Numbered from the stretch's first letter, positions 18,768 to 28,852 are shown. The stretch is 64,000 bases of DNA from Candidatus Tenderia electrophaga (GCA_001447805.1 CP013099.1:3395181-3459180), one strand, 5' to 3'. Notes: generated from the sequence alone by a model not told the origin. A program made the numbers and translations.

Positions 18768-20156
18768 ATGGCCATAGCGAAAACCATAAAGCAGTACCTA
18801 GACGGCAAACACATCATCTATACAATCTTGGAAGTGCCGCATTTCGAGTCCCCCCGTGAGGCGGCCAGCTTGGCGAATATTCCACCGCGGTCACTCTATT
18901 ATCCGGTGGTGATGCGTGATACCTACGGCCTGATGATGGCGGTGATGCCGGCCTCGCACAAGCTCAATTACGAGCGCTTGTCCAAGCTGCTGCATCGCAA
19001 TGTCAGTCCTGCCTACCAGACCCAGTTGTCATCCGTGTTCGCCGATTGTCAGCCCGGCAATATCCCGCCGGTGGGGGTGGCCTACGGGCTGCGCACGGTG
19101 ATCGATGCCGCCCTCTCCACACCGGAAGAGGTGTATATCGTCGCCGGTGACCACAGTCGGCTGATCAAGATGTCGCGCAAGAATTTCATGCTGCTGCAGA
19201 CCAACGCCCTGCTCGCCAGCGACTTTGCCGAAGCGCTGGAGGAGGCCGAGACGCAGGGCGGTGGGGAGGTTGCCAATCTGGCCTGGAGTCAGGACCTGGG
19301 CGCCAAGATTCGCCAACGTGTGGAGCAGGCCACCGAACTGCCGCCCATGCCCGAAATGGCGCTGCGTATCTTCGAAATGCGCGCCGACCCCAACGTGGAG
19401 GTCAAGCACCTGACCGCCCTGATCGAACGCGACCCGAGCCTGGCGGCCCAGGTGATGCGTTATGCCAATTCACCCTATTTCGGTTATCAGGGGCGGGTGG
19501 ATACTATCCAGGTGGCCATCGCCCGCGTGCTGGGCTTCGATATGGTCATGAATCTGGCCCTGGGGCTGGCGCTGGCCACGCCCTTCAAGATTCCGCGTCA
19601 CGGACCTTTCGGGCTGGATTATTACTGGCGCCATGCCGTGTACAGCGCCACCCTGATGCAGTTGTTGAGCAAGGAAATTCCCCAGGAGCGCCGCCCGCGG
19701 CCGGGCACCTGTTACCTGATCGGGCTGTTGCACGACTTCGGTTATCTGGTGCTGGGGCATTTGTTTCGCAACGAATTCGAGGGCTTGACCAAGCTGGTCG
19801 AGGAGCAGGGACGCGACCGCCTGAGTCGTTTGGAAAAGGATTATCTGGGCGTCACCCACGGCGAGCTGGGCTATTGGCTGATGAAAGCCTGGGGCATGCC
19901 GCAGGAATTGGTGCTGGCCACCCGCGAACACCATAATGAGCAGTATGCCGGTCCCTATTCGGTGTATGTCAACATGGCGCAATTGAGCGATCATCTACTG
20001 GCGGCCTATGAGGCCGGCGAGGTGTTGGATGACCGCCTGCCCGCGCATCTGTTGCAGGCCTTGGGGCTGGAGCCCAAGCAGGTGATTCACGTCATGACCC
20101 AGCTCATCGAGAGCGACACCAATCTCAACGAAATGGTGCGTCGCTTGGCGGCCTGA
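18768..20156 (+). CDS. Fusion protein: N-terminal YbaK/ProX-like aminoacyl-tRNA deacylase-fold domain and C-terminal HDOD domain
   Basis: The N-terminal 160 aa resembles the YbaK/EbsC fold. The C-terminus carries HDOD signatures (MPEMALRIFEM...DPSLAAQVMRYANSPYFG...LLHDFGYLVLG). The start is uncertain: ATG at 18735 or 18768. Confidence 0.6.
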   Translation: MAIAKTIKQYLDGKHIIYTILEVPHFESPREAASLANIPPRSLYYPVVMRDTYGLMMAVMPASHKLNYERLSKLLHRNVSPAYQTQLSSVFADCQPGNIPPVGVAYGLRTVIDAALSTPEEVYIVAGDHSRLIKMSRKNFMLLQTNALLASDFAEALEEAETQGGGEVANLAWSQDLGAKIRQRVEQATELPPMPEMALRIFEMRADPNVEVKHLTALIERDPSLAAQVMRYANSPYFGYQGRVDTIQVAIARVLGFDMVMNLALGLALATPFKIPRHGPFGLDYYWRHAVYSATLMQLLSKEIPQERRPRPGTCYLIGLLHDFGYLVLGHLFRNEFEGLTKLVEEQGRDRLSRLEKDYLGVTHGELGYWLMKAWGMPQELVLATREHHNEQYAGPYSVYVNMAQLSDHLLAAYEAGEVLDDRLPAHLLQALGLEPKQVIHVMTQLIESDTNLNEMVRRLAA

Positions 20157-20798
20157 TTAGCGCGGTCGGGCCTGGCGTGCCAGGCGCTCCGTCACGGCCC
20201 GGCGCAGCTCCACCAAGCGGCCGTGAAAAAAGTGGCCGGCCGCTTCGAAATAGACCGTTTGCGGTGGTGTCTCCAGCTTATCGATCCAGGCCCGCACTTC
20301 TTCGAAGGGCACGATCTCGTCCGCCGTGCCCTGCAGCAACAGCCATGGGCAGGCGGGCGGCGCGAGTCCCTGAAAACGCAACAGATGGACCGCCGGCGCG
20401 ACGGTGATCAGCTGGTCTACGGGACGCTGAGAGCTGGCGCGCATGGCCACATAGGCGCCGAACGAAAAACCGGCCAGCCACACTGTCGGCGGCTGAGCGG
20501 TCTCGTCCAACCAATCTATCACCGCCAGCAGGTCATCGGTTTCGCCCTCGCCCTCGGCATAACTGCCGCCGCTCTTGCCCACGCCGCGATAGTTGAAGCG
20601 CAGCGTCGCCAGGCCCAGTTCGTGACCGGCGCGGCTGAGGGTATGGACCACTTTATTATTCATGGTGCCGCCGTGCTGGGGATGGGGGTGACAGACCACC
20701 AAGACGCCGTTGTCGAGGTGGTCGAAATTCTCCGCCAGCGCCTCCAGGGCGCCGGCGGGACCGTCGATGAACAGGGGGTTGGCGGCATGGGCGGACAT
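20157..20798 (-). CDS. Alpha/beta-fold hydrolase
   Basis: GFSFG nucleophile elbow, then D and H (GHFFHG) residues. 213 aa. Confidence 0.65.
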   Translation of the reverse strand: MSAHAANPLFIDGPAGALEALAENFDHLDNGVLVVCHPHPQHGGTMNNKVVHTLSRAGHELGLATLRFNYRGVGKSGGSYAEGEGETDDLLAVIDWLDETAQPPTVWLAGFSFGAYVAMRASSQRPVDQLITVAPAVHLLRFQGLAPPACPWLLLQGTADEIVPFEEVRAWIDKLETPPQTVYFEAAGHFFHGRLVELRRAVTERLARQARPR

Positions 20799-20948
20799 GG
20801 TACGGTGCGATCCTGATGCTTTGGCAGGTCCCGCATTTTACCAGTTCCCGCTGACCAAGCCCCTGTTTTTAAAGCGGGCATGGATAATGTGTCGGTCGTT
20901 ACCGGTCGATATACCCATATGGCCGGGCCAATGACTAAGGTAATTCCT

Positions 20949-21806
20949 ATGACAGATTTAACTACGCCCCTGAGCATCATCGGCGCCGCCTCCGGGCTGG
21001 GGGCGCCGGACGACCGTTGTGCCGCGGGGCCGCAGGCCTTGCAGGCAGCGCTGCAACACGCCCCGGAGCCGGCCCTGGTCTGGCAGCAGACCGTCAATGC
21101 CGAGAGTCACGGCGGCGCGGCCGCCCTGGACGATTTTCTCACGCGTCTCAGCGACAGCTGCGCCGCCGTGTTGCGGGATCAGCCGCGCATCGCCGTCATC
21201 GGCGGCGATCACGCCTGTGCCATGGGGACGTGGCGCGGGGTGCGTCGCACGCTCGGTCCGGTCGGCTTGGTCTGGGTCGACGCCCATCTGGACGCCCACA
21301 CGCCCCAGACCAGCCCCAGCGGTTATCGCCACGGCATGCCCCTGGCCGACTTGCTGGGCCAGTTGGGCAGCGCCGCGGTGATCGATGCGCGCCGTCTCTG
21401 CCTGGTGGGGGTGCGCAGCTACGAAGGCGCTGAGCGCGAGTTGCTGCAGCGCCTCGGGGTACGGGTGATCACCATGGACGAGGTCGGTCGGCTCGGCCTC
21501 GGTGCCGCCATGGACGAGGCGGTAAGTATCGCCGCCGCGGGCGACCAGGTCTATGGCGTCTCCATCGATCTGGACGCCCTGGATCTGGCCGACGCCCCGG
21601 CAGTGGGCTCGCCGGTGGTGGGCGGCATTCGCGCCGCCGACCTGTTGGCCTGGCTGGCGACGCGTGCCAGTGATCCCCGGCTACGGGCATTGGAGGTGGC
21701 CGAATTCAATCCGGCCATCGACGTGCAGCAACGCACCTTGAAGCTGTTGGTGCAAATCTTAAAGACAGCTAGCGGAGCAGCACATGAACCCGACCATCGA
21801 ACTTGA
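20949..21806 (+). CDS. Arginase/agmatinase/formiminoglutamase-family hydrolase, most likely arginase given the adjacent OAT
   Basis: Mn-binding motifs GGDHA, DAHLDAHT and SIDLDALD. The start was chosen at MTDLTTPLSIIGAAS; the ORF opens at 20880. Confidence 0.65.
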   Translation: MTDLTTPLSIIGAASGLGAPDDRCAAGPQALQAALQHAPEPALVWQQTVNAESHGGAAALDDFLTRLSDSCAAVLRDQPRIAVIGGDHACAMGTWRGVRRTLGPVGLVWVDAHLDAHTPQTSPSGYRHGMPLADLLGQLGSAAVIDARRLCLVGVRSYEGAERELLQRLGVRVITMDEVGRLGLGAAMDEAVSIAAAGDQVYGVSIDLDALDLADAPAVGSPVVGGIRAADLLAWLATRASDPRLRALEVAEFNPAIDVQQRTLKLLVQILKTASGAAHEPDHRT

Positions 21807-22986
21807 AGAAGAGTATTGCGCCCACAACTACCTGCCCTTGCCGGTGGTGTTGGTCAGGGGCGCGGGCGTCTATGTCTGGGACGACGCGGGCAAGCGCTAT
21901 CTGGACATGATGAGCGCCTATTCCGCCGTCAGCCACGGCCATTGTCACCCGCGTCTGGTGCAGGCCTTGACTCAGCAAGCGGGCCGACTGGCCATCGTCT
22001 CACGCGCCTTTTACAGCGACAAGCTGGCGCCGTTGCTGGAACAGGCCTGCCGCATGACCGGCCAGGACATGGCCCTGCCCATGAATACCGGCGCCGAGGC
22101 GGTGGAGACGGCGCTCAAGGCGGCGCGCAAATGGGCCTACACGGTCAAGGGTGTGCCCGCCGATCAGGCCGAGATCATTGTCTGCGACGGCAACTTTCAC
22201 GGCCGTACCATCAGCATTGTGGGCTTTTCCAGCGAAGATCAGTACAAGGCCGGCTTTGGGCCCTTTCCGCCGGGGTTTACCTCAGTGCCCTTCGGCGATG
22301 TGGATGCCTTGGAGGCGGCCATCGGCCCCAACACCGCTGCCTTTCTGGTAGAACCTATCCAGGGCGAGGGCGGTATCATCGTGCCGCCGCCCGGCTATTT
22401 GAGCAAAGTGGCCAAGGTGTGTGCCGACAATGACGTGCTGCTGATCTGCGACGAAATCCAAACCGGCCTGGGGCGCACCGGCGCCTTGCTGGCCAGCACT
22501 CATGACGCCGTCAAACCGGACGGCCTGATCCTGGGCAAGGCCCTGGGCGGCGGCCTGCTGCCGGTGTCCATGTTTCTGGCCCGGCGTGAGGTGATGGAGA
22601 TGTTCCAGCCTGGCGATCACGGCAGCACCTTTGGCGGCAATCCCTTGTCCTCGGCGGTGGCCCTGGAGGGCCTGAGGGTCTTGGAAGACGAGGGCATGAT
22701 CGAGGCGGCGGCCGAAATGGGGGCCTATTTCATGGCGGCCTTGGGCGAGATCAAAAGCCCGCTGATTCAGCAGGTGCGCGGCAAGGGGCTGTTGATTGGC
22801 GTCGAGTTTTATGCCGACAAGGTGGCGGCGCGCACGATCTGCGAACGGCTTATGGACAAGGGGATTCTCAGCAAGGAGACCCATGACACCGTGGTGCGCC
22901 TGGCCCCGCCCCTGATCATCACCCGTGAGCAGATCGACGCGACGGTCGAGGCGCTGCGTCAAGTGCTCAGCGAGCTGGAAGGCTAG
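21784..22986 (+). CDS. rocD: Ornithine aminotransferase
   Basis: Class-III aminotransferase with OAT-specific blocks (YLPLPVVLVRGAGVYVWD, DEIQTGLGRTG, GDHGSTFGGNPL). GGAG ribosome-binding site. Confidence 0.8.
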   Translation: MNPTIELEEEYCAHNYLPLPVVLVRGAGVYVWDDAGKRYLDMMSAYSAVSHGHCHPRLVQALTQQAGRLAIVSRAFYSDKLAPLLEQACRMTGQDMALPMNTGAEAVETALKAARKWAYTVKGVPADQAEIIVCDGNFHGRTISIVGFSSEDQYKAGFGPFPPGFTSVPFGDVDALEAAIGPNTAAFLVEPIQGEGGIIVPPPGYLSKVAKVCADNDVLLICDEIQTGLGRTGALLASTHDAVKPDGLILGKALGGGLLPVSMFLARREVMEMFQPGDHGSTFGGNPLSSAVALEGLRVLEDEGMIEAAAEMGAYFMAALGEIKSPLIQQVRGKGLLIGVEFYADKVAARTICERLMDKGILSKETHDTVVRLAPPLIITREQIDATVEALRQVLSELEG

Positions 22987-23222
22987 CCCGCGTCGTCCCC
23001 GAACATTTCAAATGCGCGCCGCGGCCGTGGCGGCAGTCCGAGGCGCCGCAAGTGGGGATGAGCACTGGGTCACGCGCGGCGTCTTTCATAAGCCTTTGAA
23101 GCTAATAAATAAATAGTTTTGTATTCAAGTTTGCCCCGGACTCGACAGCCGTCCCGCGGCAAAATCATATATAATCGATCACACGGGTAGGATATAAATG
23201 TTGTAAAAAAGAGGTGATCCTG

Positions 23223-23552
23223 ATGTCCGGAATCAGTAATCGTAGCTTCGTCTTCGATGAATGGAAGAAGTTGGCCGAAACCAATCCCAAAGCCTTTGAA
23301 TTCACCCGCCGGAAAGTGATCGACGATCTCATCAACGAGGCCAGGGCATCCGAGCGCTTGAAATGCCTGCAATGGCGTATCGATGTGGAACGCGAGCGTG
23401 CCGCCAGCCCCCTGTCCGCCTGTGTGCGGCTGTCCAATATGATGTTGAATTCCCTTTATGGCGACGGCGGCCTGGCCAAAACCCTCAATGGCACCCCGCG
23501 CAGCAAGGCCTCTGCCGAGGTGGTCAGTCTGAAAAAACAGCGCACGGAATAA
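23223..23552 (+). CDS. DUF3135-family small protein
   Basis: 110 aa with FDEWKKLAETNPKAFE...RLKCLQWRID. AAGAGG ribosome-binding site 9 nt upstream. Confidence 0.5.
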   Translation: MSGISNRSFVFDEWKKLAETNPKAFEFTRRKVIDDLINEARASERLKCLQWRIDVERERAASPLSACVRLSNMMLNSLYGDGGLAKTLNGTPRSKASAEVVSLKKQRTE

Positions 23553-23698
23553 TCTAAGGGCGCCCTGTCAACCCATCTAGGGTGCCCTAAGCCCGCAGTT
23601 GCCAGCATTCTCACGCCGGGCTCATAGTATGGTGAGCAGCGGCCGTTAAAATAAGTGCATATACCTGCAGTTATGAAGAGGAGGCCCAATCGGGAGCC

Positions 23699-24865
23699 AT
23701 GGCTTGGCGAGTTGGTAGTCAGCAAGCGCAGCCCCGCGTCGGCCTCATCCTGGCCGGGGGCGGTGCCCGCGCCGCCTATCAGGTGGGGGTGCTGAAGGCG
23801 ATTGCGCGCATGCGCGCGCCCGCGGCGGTCAACCCCTTCCCGGTGTTATGCGGCACCTCGGCCGGGGCCATCAATGCCGCGGCGCTGGCCATTTATTCCG
23901 CCGATTTCCAAAACGCCGTATCGCGCCTGGTGAGCGTATGGGGCAACTTCACTGTCGACAAGGTATTCCGCAGCGATTTTTGGGGCATTGCCAGTTCGGG
24001 GGCGCACTGGTTCGCGGCGCTGATGCTGGGGGGCGTGATGGGCCGCTACAACCCGTCCTCACTGTTCGACCGCACGCCGCTGCAGCAATTGCTGAGCCGC
24101 TACATGCCCTTTGAGCAGATCGGGACCGCCATCGAGGCGGGCCATGTCCACGCCTTGAGCATCACCGCGTCCGGCTACACCACCGGCCAGTCGGTCACCT
24201 TTTATCAAAGCGCCGAGCCGATCGAGCCTTGGGATCGGGCCATTCGCGTCGGCTGTCCGGCGCAGATCGGTATCGAGCATCTGATGGCGTCCTCGGCGAT
24301 ACCTTTTTTGTTCGAGGCTATCAAGATCAACCGCGAGTATTTCGGTGACGGCTCTATGCGCCAGATTGCCCCCATCAGCCCAGCGCTGCATCTGGGCGCC
24401 GGCAAGCTGCTGGTGATCGGGGTGCGCGGCAGTGACGATGACGGCATCGACCGCGAAAAAATCATCGAATATCCCTCCATGGCCCAGATTGCCGGCCATG
24501 CCCTGAACAGCATATTTCTCGACAGCATGGAGGTCGACCTGGAACGTTTGCAACGTATTAACCGCACCTTGGAGACGGTGCCGAAGAAATATGTGGCGGA
24601 TGGTACCGTGTCGCTGAAACCGGTGGAGACGCTGGTGATCTCCCCCAGCCGCGATATCAGCAAGATCGCCCAGCAACATTCCCATCACCTGCCACGCACG
24701 GTGCGCTATTTCCTGCGCGGCCTGGGGGCCTTGAACCGGGACGGCACCAGCCTGCTGAGCTATCTGCTGTTCGAAAAGGCCTTTTGCCGCGAATTGATCG
24801 CGCTGGGATATGCCGACACCATCAAGCGCCGTGAGGAAATCACGACCTTTCTTGACGCCCAGTGA
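23699..24865 (+). CDS. Patatin-like phospholipase
   Basis: GGGARAAYQVG (oxyanion G-rich loop). GTSAG (serine lipase motif). FGDGSM (catalytic Asp). Confidence 0.8.
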   Translation: MAWRVGSQQAQPRVGLILAGGGARAAYQVGVLKAIARMRAPAAVNPFPVLCGTSAGAINAAALAIYSADFQNAVSRLVSVWGNFTVDKVFRSDFWGIASSGAHWFAALMLGGVMGRYNPSSLFDRTPLQQLLSRYMPFEQIGTAIEAGHVHALSITASGYTTGQSVTFYQSAEPIEPWDRAIRVGCPAQIGIEHLMASSAIPFLFEAIKINREYFGDGSMRQIAPISPALHLGAGKLLVIGVRGSDDDGIDREKIIEYPSMAQIAGHALNSIFLDSMEVDLERLQRINRTLETVPKKYVADGTVSLKPVETLVISPSRDISKIAQQHSHHLPRTVRYFLRGLGALNRDGTSLLSYLLFEKAFCRELIALGYADTIKRREEITTFLDAQ

Positions 24866-24875
24866 GCAATGCGGC

Positions 24876-25256
24876 TTAGGTCTGTTTCTTTTCGCTGTTG
24901 GCGATGAAGTCGCGCAAGGTCATGAAGAACACGGCGCAGTTGCGGTCCTTGGGATCGAATTGAATGCCGGTGCGAAAGGCCGGTTCGGGCGGAGCGGGTT
25001 CCAGGCCCAGGGGAATGGGGTCGCACCACACGGTGGTGCCGTTGACGCTGACACTGCGCTGGGCGTTTCTGAACACCAGCTTCACCGGGGTGCCGGGTTC
25101 GATTTCATTGGGGATCTGAATGCCGGTGCCGGAGATGGATACGTCATGGATGCGGTTTAGCACATAACGCCGGTCATAGACCTCGACATGAAAGCATTCC
25201 TCGGTATCTTCGTAGTCGAGCTGGGTGCGTTGATGCTTGCGGTCTTCGAGCGTCAT
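24876..25256 (-). CDS. Stand-alone PilZ-domain c-di-GMP receptor
   Basis: RxxxR (RKHQR) and D.S..G (DVSISGTG) c-di-GMP-binding motifs. 126 aa. Confidence 0.7.
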   Translation of the reverse strand: MTLEDRKHQRTQLDYEDTEECFHVEVYDRRYVLNRIHDVSISGTGIQIPNEIEPGTPVKLVFRNAQRSVSVNGTTVWCDPIPLGLEPAPPEPAFRTGIQFDPKDRNCAVFFMTLRDFIANSEKKQT

Positions 25257-25366
25257 GAGGATCCCCTTACCAATCTGCGGGCCAGTTATCGATTAGCATA
25301 GCGCAAATATGCAGTCCTAATCATAACGACTAAAGGATTTATATATATAAAACACGCCTAATATAG

Positions 25367-26839
25367 TTATCCGCCCAGACGCTCGAAACCTTTAGCCAGC
25401 AAGCGGCACAATTGGCATAGTTTTTCGTAGTCGGTCTGGTCCAGGCCGTAGTCATTGCCGTAGCGGTCGGCGTAGACAATTCCCAGCGCCCGGCCCTTGG
25501 CGCAGATGGTCATGAGGAAAAACTGGTCCGTGTCCATGAGCCGATAAAACTCAGTGGGCAACAGGGCGGTGACTTTCTGACGATTGTCGTCCTGGCAGCG
25601 CAGGGCCTGCGGTTTTTCCAGCAGCCGCTGAAACAGATTGTGATCCCGGAGCGGGATACGCAGATTGCGCAGCCCCGCCGGATTGCCGAACATGAAGCGG
25701 CTGACCAAATATTTGCGCTCGTTGTCGAGCATGGCGAAGAAGACGCGGTTGAGTTTCATGCCGTCGACAAAACCGCGTTTTATTTCGGCTATAAAGTGCG
25801 CCAGGTTGAAATCCCCGCCCAGCTGGGCCTTGGCGTTGTCAATGACCTGGTCCACGATGGCGTGATGCAGCGGCGAGAAGGGATGCTCCGGTGCCAGGCT
25901 GGCCGGCGGCGGCTGCGCCGGGCCCCGCAAAATCGGCTTGACCGGTACCGCGGTGCCCTCGATAAAGCTGTTGCGTAGCGCTTCATCCAGGCCGGGCAGG
26001 CTGGCGGCGGCTGGCACCACGCCGTAAAAGAGGGTCTCCTCGGCGGAGTGAATGGCGTTGTCGCGCACCTCCAGCATGGCCTCCTCCGGGTCGCGATGCA
26101 GGTGTCGGGCGATCTTTTCGATCAGGGCCCCCATGGCCGGCGTATCCCAGCCCCGCTGGGCAGTGACGCTCAGTTCGTGAGCCAAATGAATCTCGTACAG
26201 GCGCGGATTGATGGCCGTCTCGCCGTCATAGGCTTGCAGGCTCTGCACAATAAAGCTGGACAGTTGCCAAGCCTGCGCCAGGGCGTGTGACAGCTCCAGC
26301 AGGGTGAATCCTAGTTTGCGCCGCTGTTCCGCTTCATCATCGAGGTTGTCGAAATCCAACAGCAGGCCGTCGCCATGGACCAGGAGCAGCAAGGCCGCCA
26401 GATCGTGCAACATGGCGGCGGTGAATAACTCCTCCGGCGCCATATCGACGCGCTCGCGCGCCATACCGTAGGCCTGATAGGCGCTGTGATAGGCACGGCT
26501 CACCAGTTGCATATAAATCGCCCGAGACTCATCGTCCACGCTGTCTTCGAGGAAGCACATCGCCTCGATGCTCGCTTTCACCCTGCCCGAGCCCAGCTTC
26601 ATGGCGGCGGCGTCGACGGTATGGATTTCGTCCTGCAGGCGGCTGCGCGGCAGGGCGCAGGCGGCGCGCAATATGGCCAGGGTCAGGCCCGGATCGGTGA
26701 GCACGATATTGGAAAATTTAGCCATGGAGATGTTGTCGTAGGACCCGATCTGTTTCAGGTCCCGGCATGATTGCTTGAGCAGTGGCAGCTCACATTGGCT
26801 GAGCCGCGCAGTCCATTGCTGTAGTGAATTGTGTGACAT
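25367..26839 (-). CDS. HDOD-domain protein with a C-terminal GAF-like domain
   Basis: N-terminal HDOD (LAILRAACALP...AMLHDLAALLLL). C-terminal 250 aa of unknown sensory type. 490 aa. Confidence 0.7.
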   Translation of the reverse strand: MSHNSLQQWTARLSQCELPLLKQSCRDLKQIGSYDNISMAKFSNIVLTDPGLTLAILRAACALPRSRLQDEIHTVDAAAMKLGSGRVKASIEAMCFLEDSVDDESRAIYMQLVSRAYHSAYQAYGMARERVDMAPEELFTAAMLHDLAALLLLVHGDGLLLDFDNLDDEAEQRRKLGFTLLELSHALAQAWQLSSFIVQSLQAYDGETAINPRLYEIHLAHELSVTAQRGWDTPAMGALIEKIARHLHRDPEEAMLEVRDNAIHSAEETLFYGVVPAAASLPGLDEALRNSFIEGTAVPVKPILRGPAQPPPASLAPEHPFSPLHHAIVDQVIDNAKAQLGGDFNLAHFIAEIKRGFVDGMKLNRVFFAMLDNERKYLVSRFMFGNPAGLRNLRIPLRDHNLFQRLLEKPQALRCQDDNRQKVTALLPTEFYRLMDTDQFFLMTICAKGRALGIVYADRYGNDYGLDQTDYEKLCQLCRLLAKGFERLGG

Positions 26840-26991
26840 GTTGAGCGCCGCTTAAGCCTTTTTTCCCTGTTTAAATTACGGCTGGCCGCCGAGAAAGCTT
26901 TAGTTGACGGGAGGTCTGTTTTGCTCAAGCAAACGTGTCATGCGTCGATATGAAGTGACACGAAAAATAAAAGATACGGGACCAGCATTTA

Positions 26992-27846
26992 ATGTTAATC
27001 ATTATCGGTTTTGTCGTTGTTCTGGCGTGTGTCGCCGGAGGATTCGTCCTGTCCCATGGCAATCTGCTGTCCTTGTGGCAACCCTTCGAGCTGTTGATCA
27101 TCGGCGGTGCCGCCTTCGGCGCCTTTCTTGCCTCCAATCCGGCCAAGGTGCACAAGGCCGTGCTAAAAAACCTGCTCGGCGCTTTAAAAGGATCGAAATA
27201 TAAAAAAGCCCTCTACCTGGATTTGCTGTCACTTATGTACGATCTGCTGCAGAAGTCGCGCAAGGAAGGCATGATGGCCATCGAGGCGGATATCGAAGCG
27301 CCGAGCGAGAGTGCGCTGTTCAGCAAACACCCTAGCATCCTGGCCGATCACCATGTCGTCGAATTTATCTGCGACTACCTGCGCCTGATGGTGGGCGGCA
27401 ACATGAACCCGTTTGAACTGGAAAATCTAATGGATATCGAACTGGCCGCCCACCACAAGGAAGCGGCCATGCCGGCCGAGGCGATCACCAAAGTGGCCGA
27501 CGCCCTGCCCGGTTTCGGTATCGTCGCGGCGGTGCTGGGGATCGTCATTACCATGTCCTATATCGGCGGTGACCCCGCTACCATCGGCAGTCACGTGGCC
27601 GCCGCCCTGGTGGGCACCTTTCTCGGCATCCTGCTGGCCTATGGCTTTGTCGCGCCGCTGGCCGTCGCCATGGAGCACAACGCCCGCGAAGAGGCCAAGT
27701 TCTATGAGTGCATTAAAATCTGCCTGATGGCAGCGGTGAACGGTTACAACCCCCAGGTGGCGGTGGAGTTCGGGCGCAAGGTGATGTACGCCAGCGATCG
27801 GCCCAGCTTCATCGAGCTCGAAGAGCACGTCAAAAACAGCCAATAG
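26992..27846 (+). CDS. motA: Flagellar stator protein MotA/PomA
   Basis: Four transmembrane helices with conserved plug and cytoplasmic-loop charged residues. The C-terminal ...GYNPQVAVEFGRK is typical of MotA. Immediately followed by motB. Confidence 0.85.
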   Translation: MLIIIGFVVVLACVAGGFVLSHGNLLSLWQPFELLIIGGAAFGAFLASNPAKVHKAVLKNLLGALKGSKYKKALYLDLLSLMYDLLQKSRKEGMMAIEADIEAPSESALFSKHPSILADHHVVEFICDYLRLMVGGNMNPFELENLMDIELAAHHKEAAMPAEAITKVADALPGFGIVAAVLGIVITMSYIGGDPATIGSHVAAALVGTFLGILLAYGFVAPLAVAMEHNAREEAKFYECIKICLMAAVNGYNPQVAVEFGRKVMYASDRPSFIELEEHVKNSQ

Positions 27847-27848
27847 TC

Positions 27849-28847
27849 ATGATCGATAAGAAACAGCCGATCATCGTCAAGAAGGTGGCCCATGGCGATC
27901 ACGGTCATCACGGCGGTTCCTGGAAGGTGGCCTTTGCCGATTTCGCCACAGCAATGATGGCCTTTTTCCTGTTGCTGTGGCTGCTCGGCGGCACCTCGGA
28001 CGAAGAGAAGGCCGCCTTGTCCGAATATTTCAGTAATCCCAGTGCCAGCGAGGGCGCGGCCATCACACCCGCCCCCAGCTCCATCAACGGGCCGGGGGGC
28101 GCCAGCACCGGTTTGATTGATTTCAACCAGATGATGCAGATCCAGCCGCAGGATAGACGCAAAAAAGAAGAGGACCTCAAGCAAACGCCTGAAACAGACA
28201 GCGAGCAGGAAAAGCGCGTTCAGGAAGAGCGCGAAGATAAGGAACGTCTCGATGAGTTGATGGAACAGCTCAAAAAGGCCGTTGAACAGAGCCAGGCACT
28301 CAAGCCCTTCAAGGATCAGTTGTTGCTCGACATTACCCCGGAAGGCCTGCGCATCCAGATCGTCGACAAGGAAAACCGACCCATGTTCGACAGCGGCAAG
28401 GCGCATCTCAAGTACTATACCGTCGACATTCTGTTCGAGCTGGCCAAGTTCATTCGTGCGGTCCCCAACCGCATCAGTATCACGGGTCATACCGATGCCG
28501 CGCGCTTTGTCGGTCGTGACGACTACAGCAACTGGGAGCTGTCCGCCGACCGTGCCAATGCCGCGCGCCGCGCCCTGGTGGACGGCGGCATGGCGCGCGC
28601 CCAGATCGGTCGCGTGGTAGGCCTGGCGTCGTCGGTGCTGTTCGACAAGGTCAACCCCTATAACCCCATAAATCGGCGTATTTCCGTGATCGTCATGAAC
28701 CAACAAACCGACGCCGCCATCGAGCGTGGCGAAGGGGTAAGTGATCAATACCTGCGCGATCGAGCGGATGCCAAACGCGGCAAGTTCACTGAACTGCCTA
28801 TGGATATCCTGGAGTCCGGCAGCGCCGACATCGATCTGGACATGTAA
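27849..28847 (+). CDS. motB: Flagellar stator protein MotB (OmpA-like peptidoglycan-binding C-terminus)
   Basis: Conserved N-terminal transmembrane helix with Asp (FADFATAMMAFFLLLWLL). OmpA-like domain (ITGHTD...SADRANA.RR). Confidence 0.85.
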   Translation: MIDKKQPIIVKKVAHGDHGHHGGSWKVAFADFATAMMAFFLLLWLLGGTSDEEKAALSEYFSNPSASEGAAITPAPSSINGPGGASTGLIDFNQMMQIQPQDRRKKEEDLKQTPETDSEQEKRVQEEREDKERLDELMEQLKKAVEQSQALKPFKDQLLLDITPEGLRIQIVDKENRPMFDSGKAHLKYYTVDILFELAKFIRAVPNRISITGHTDAARFVGRDDYSNWELSADRANAARRALVDGGMARAQIGRVVGLASSVLFDKVNPYNPINRRISVIVMNQQTDAAIERGEGVSDQYLRDRADAKRGKFTELPMDILESGSADIDLDM

Positions 28848-28852
28848 TCCGA

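Noticed and set aside
23699-24865. Patatin-like phospholipase as a CBASS or other defence effector
   Set aside because: No cyclase, nucleotidyltransferase, E1/E2 or other defence partner is adjacent. Neighbours are a DUF3135 protein and a PilZ protein. It is more likely a housekeeping or virulence-type patatin (RssA-like).
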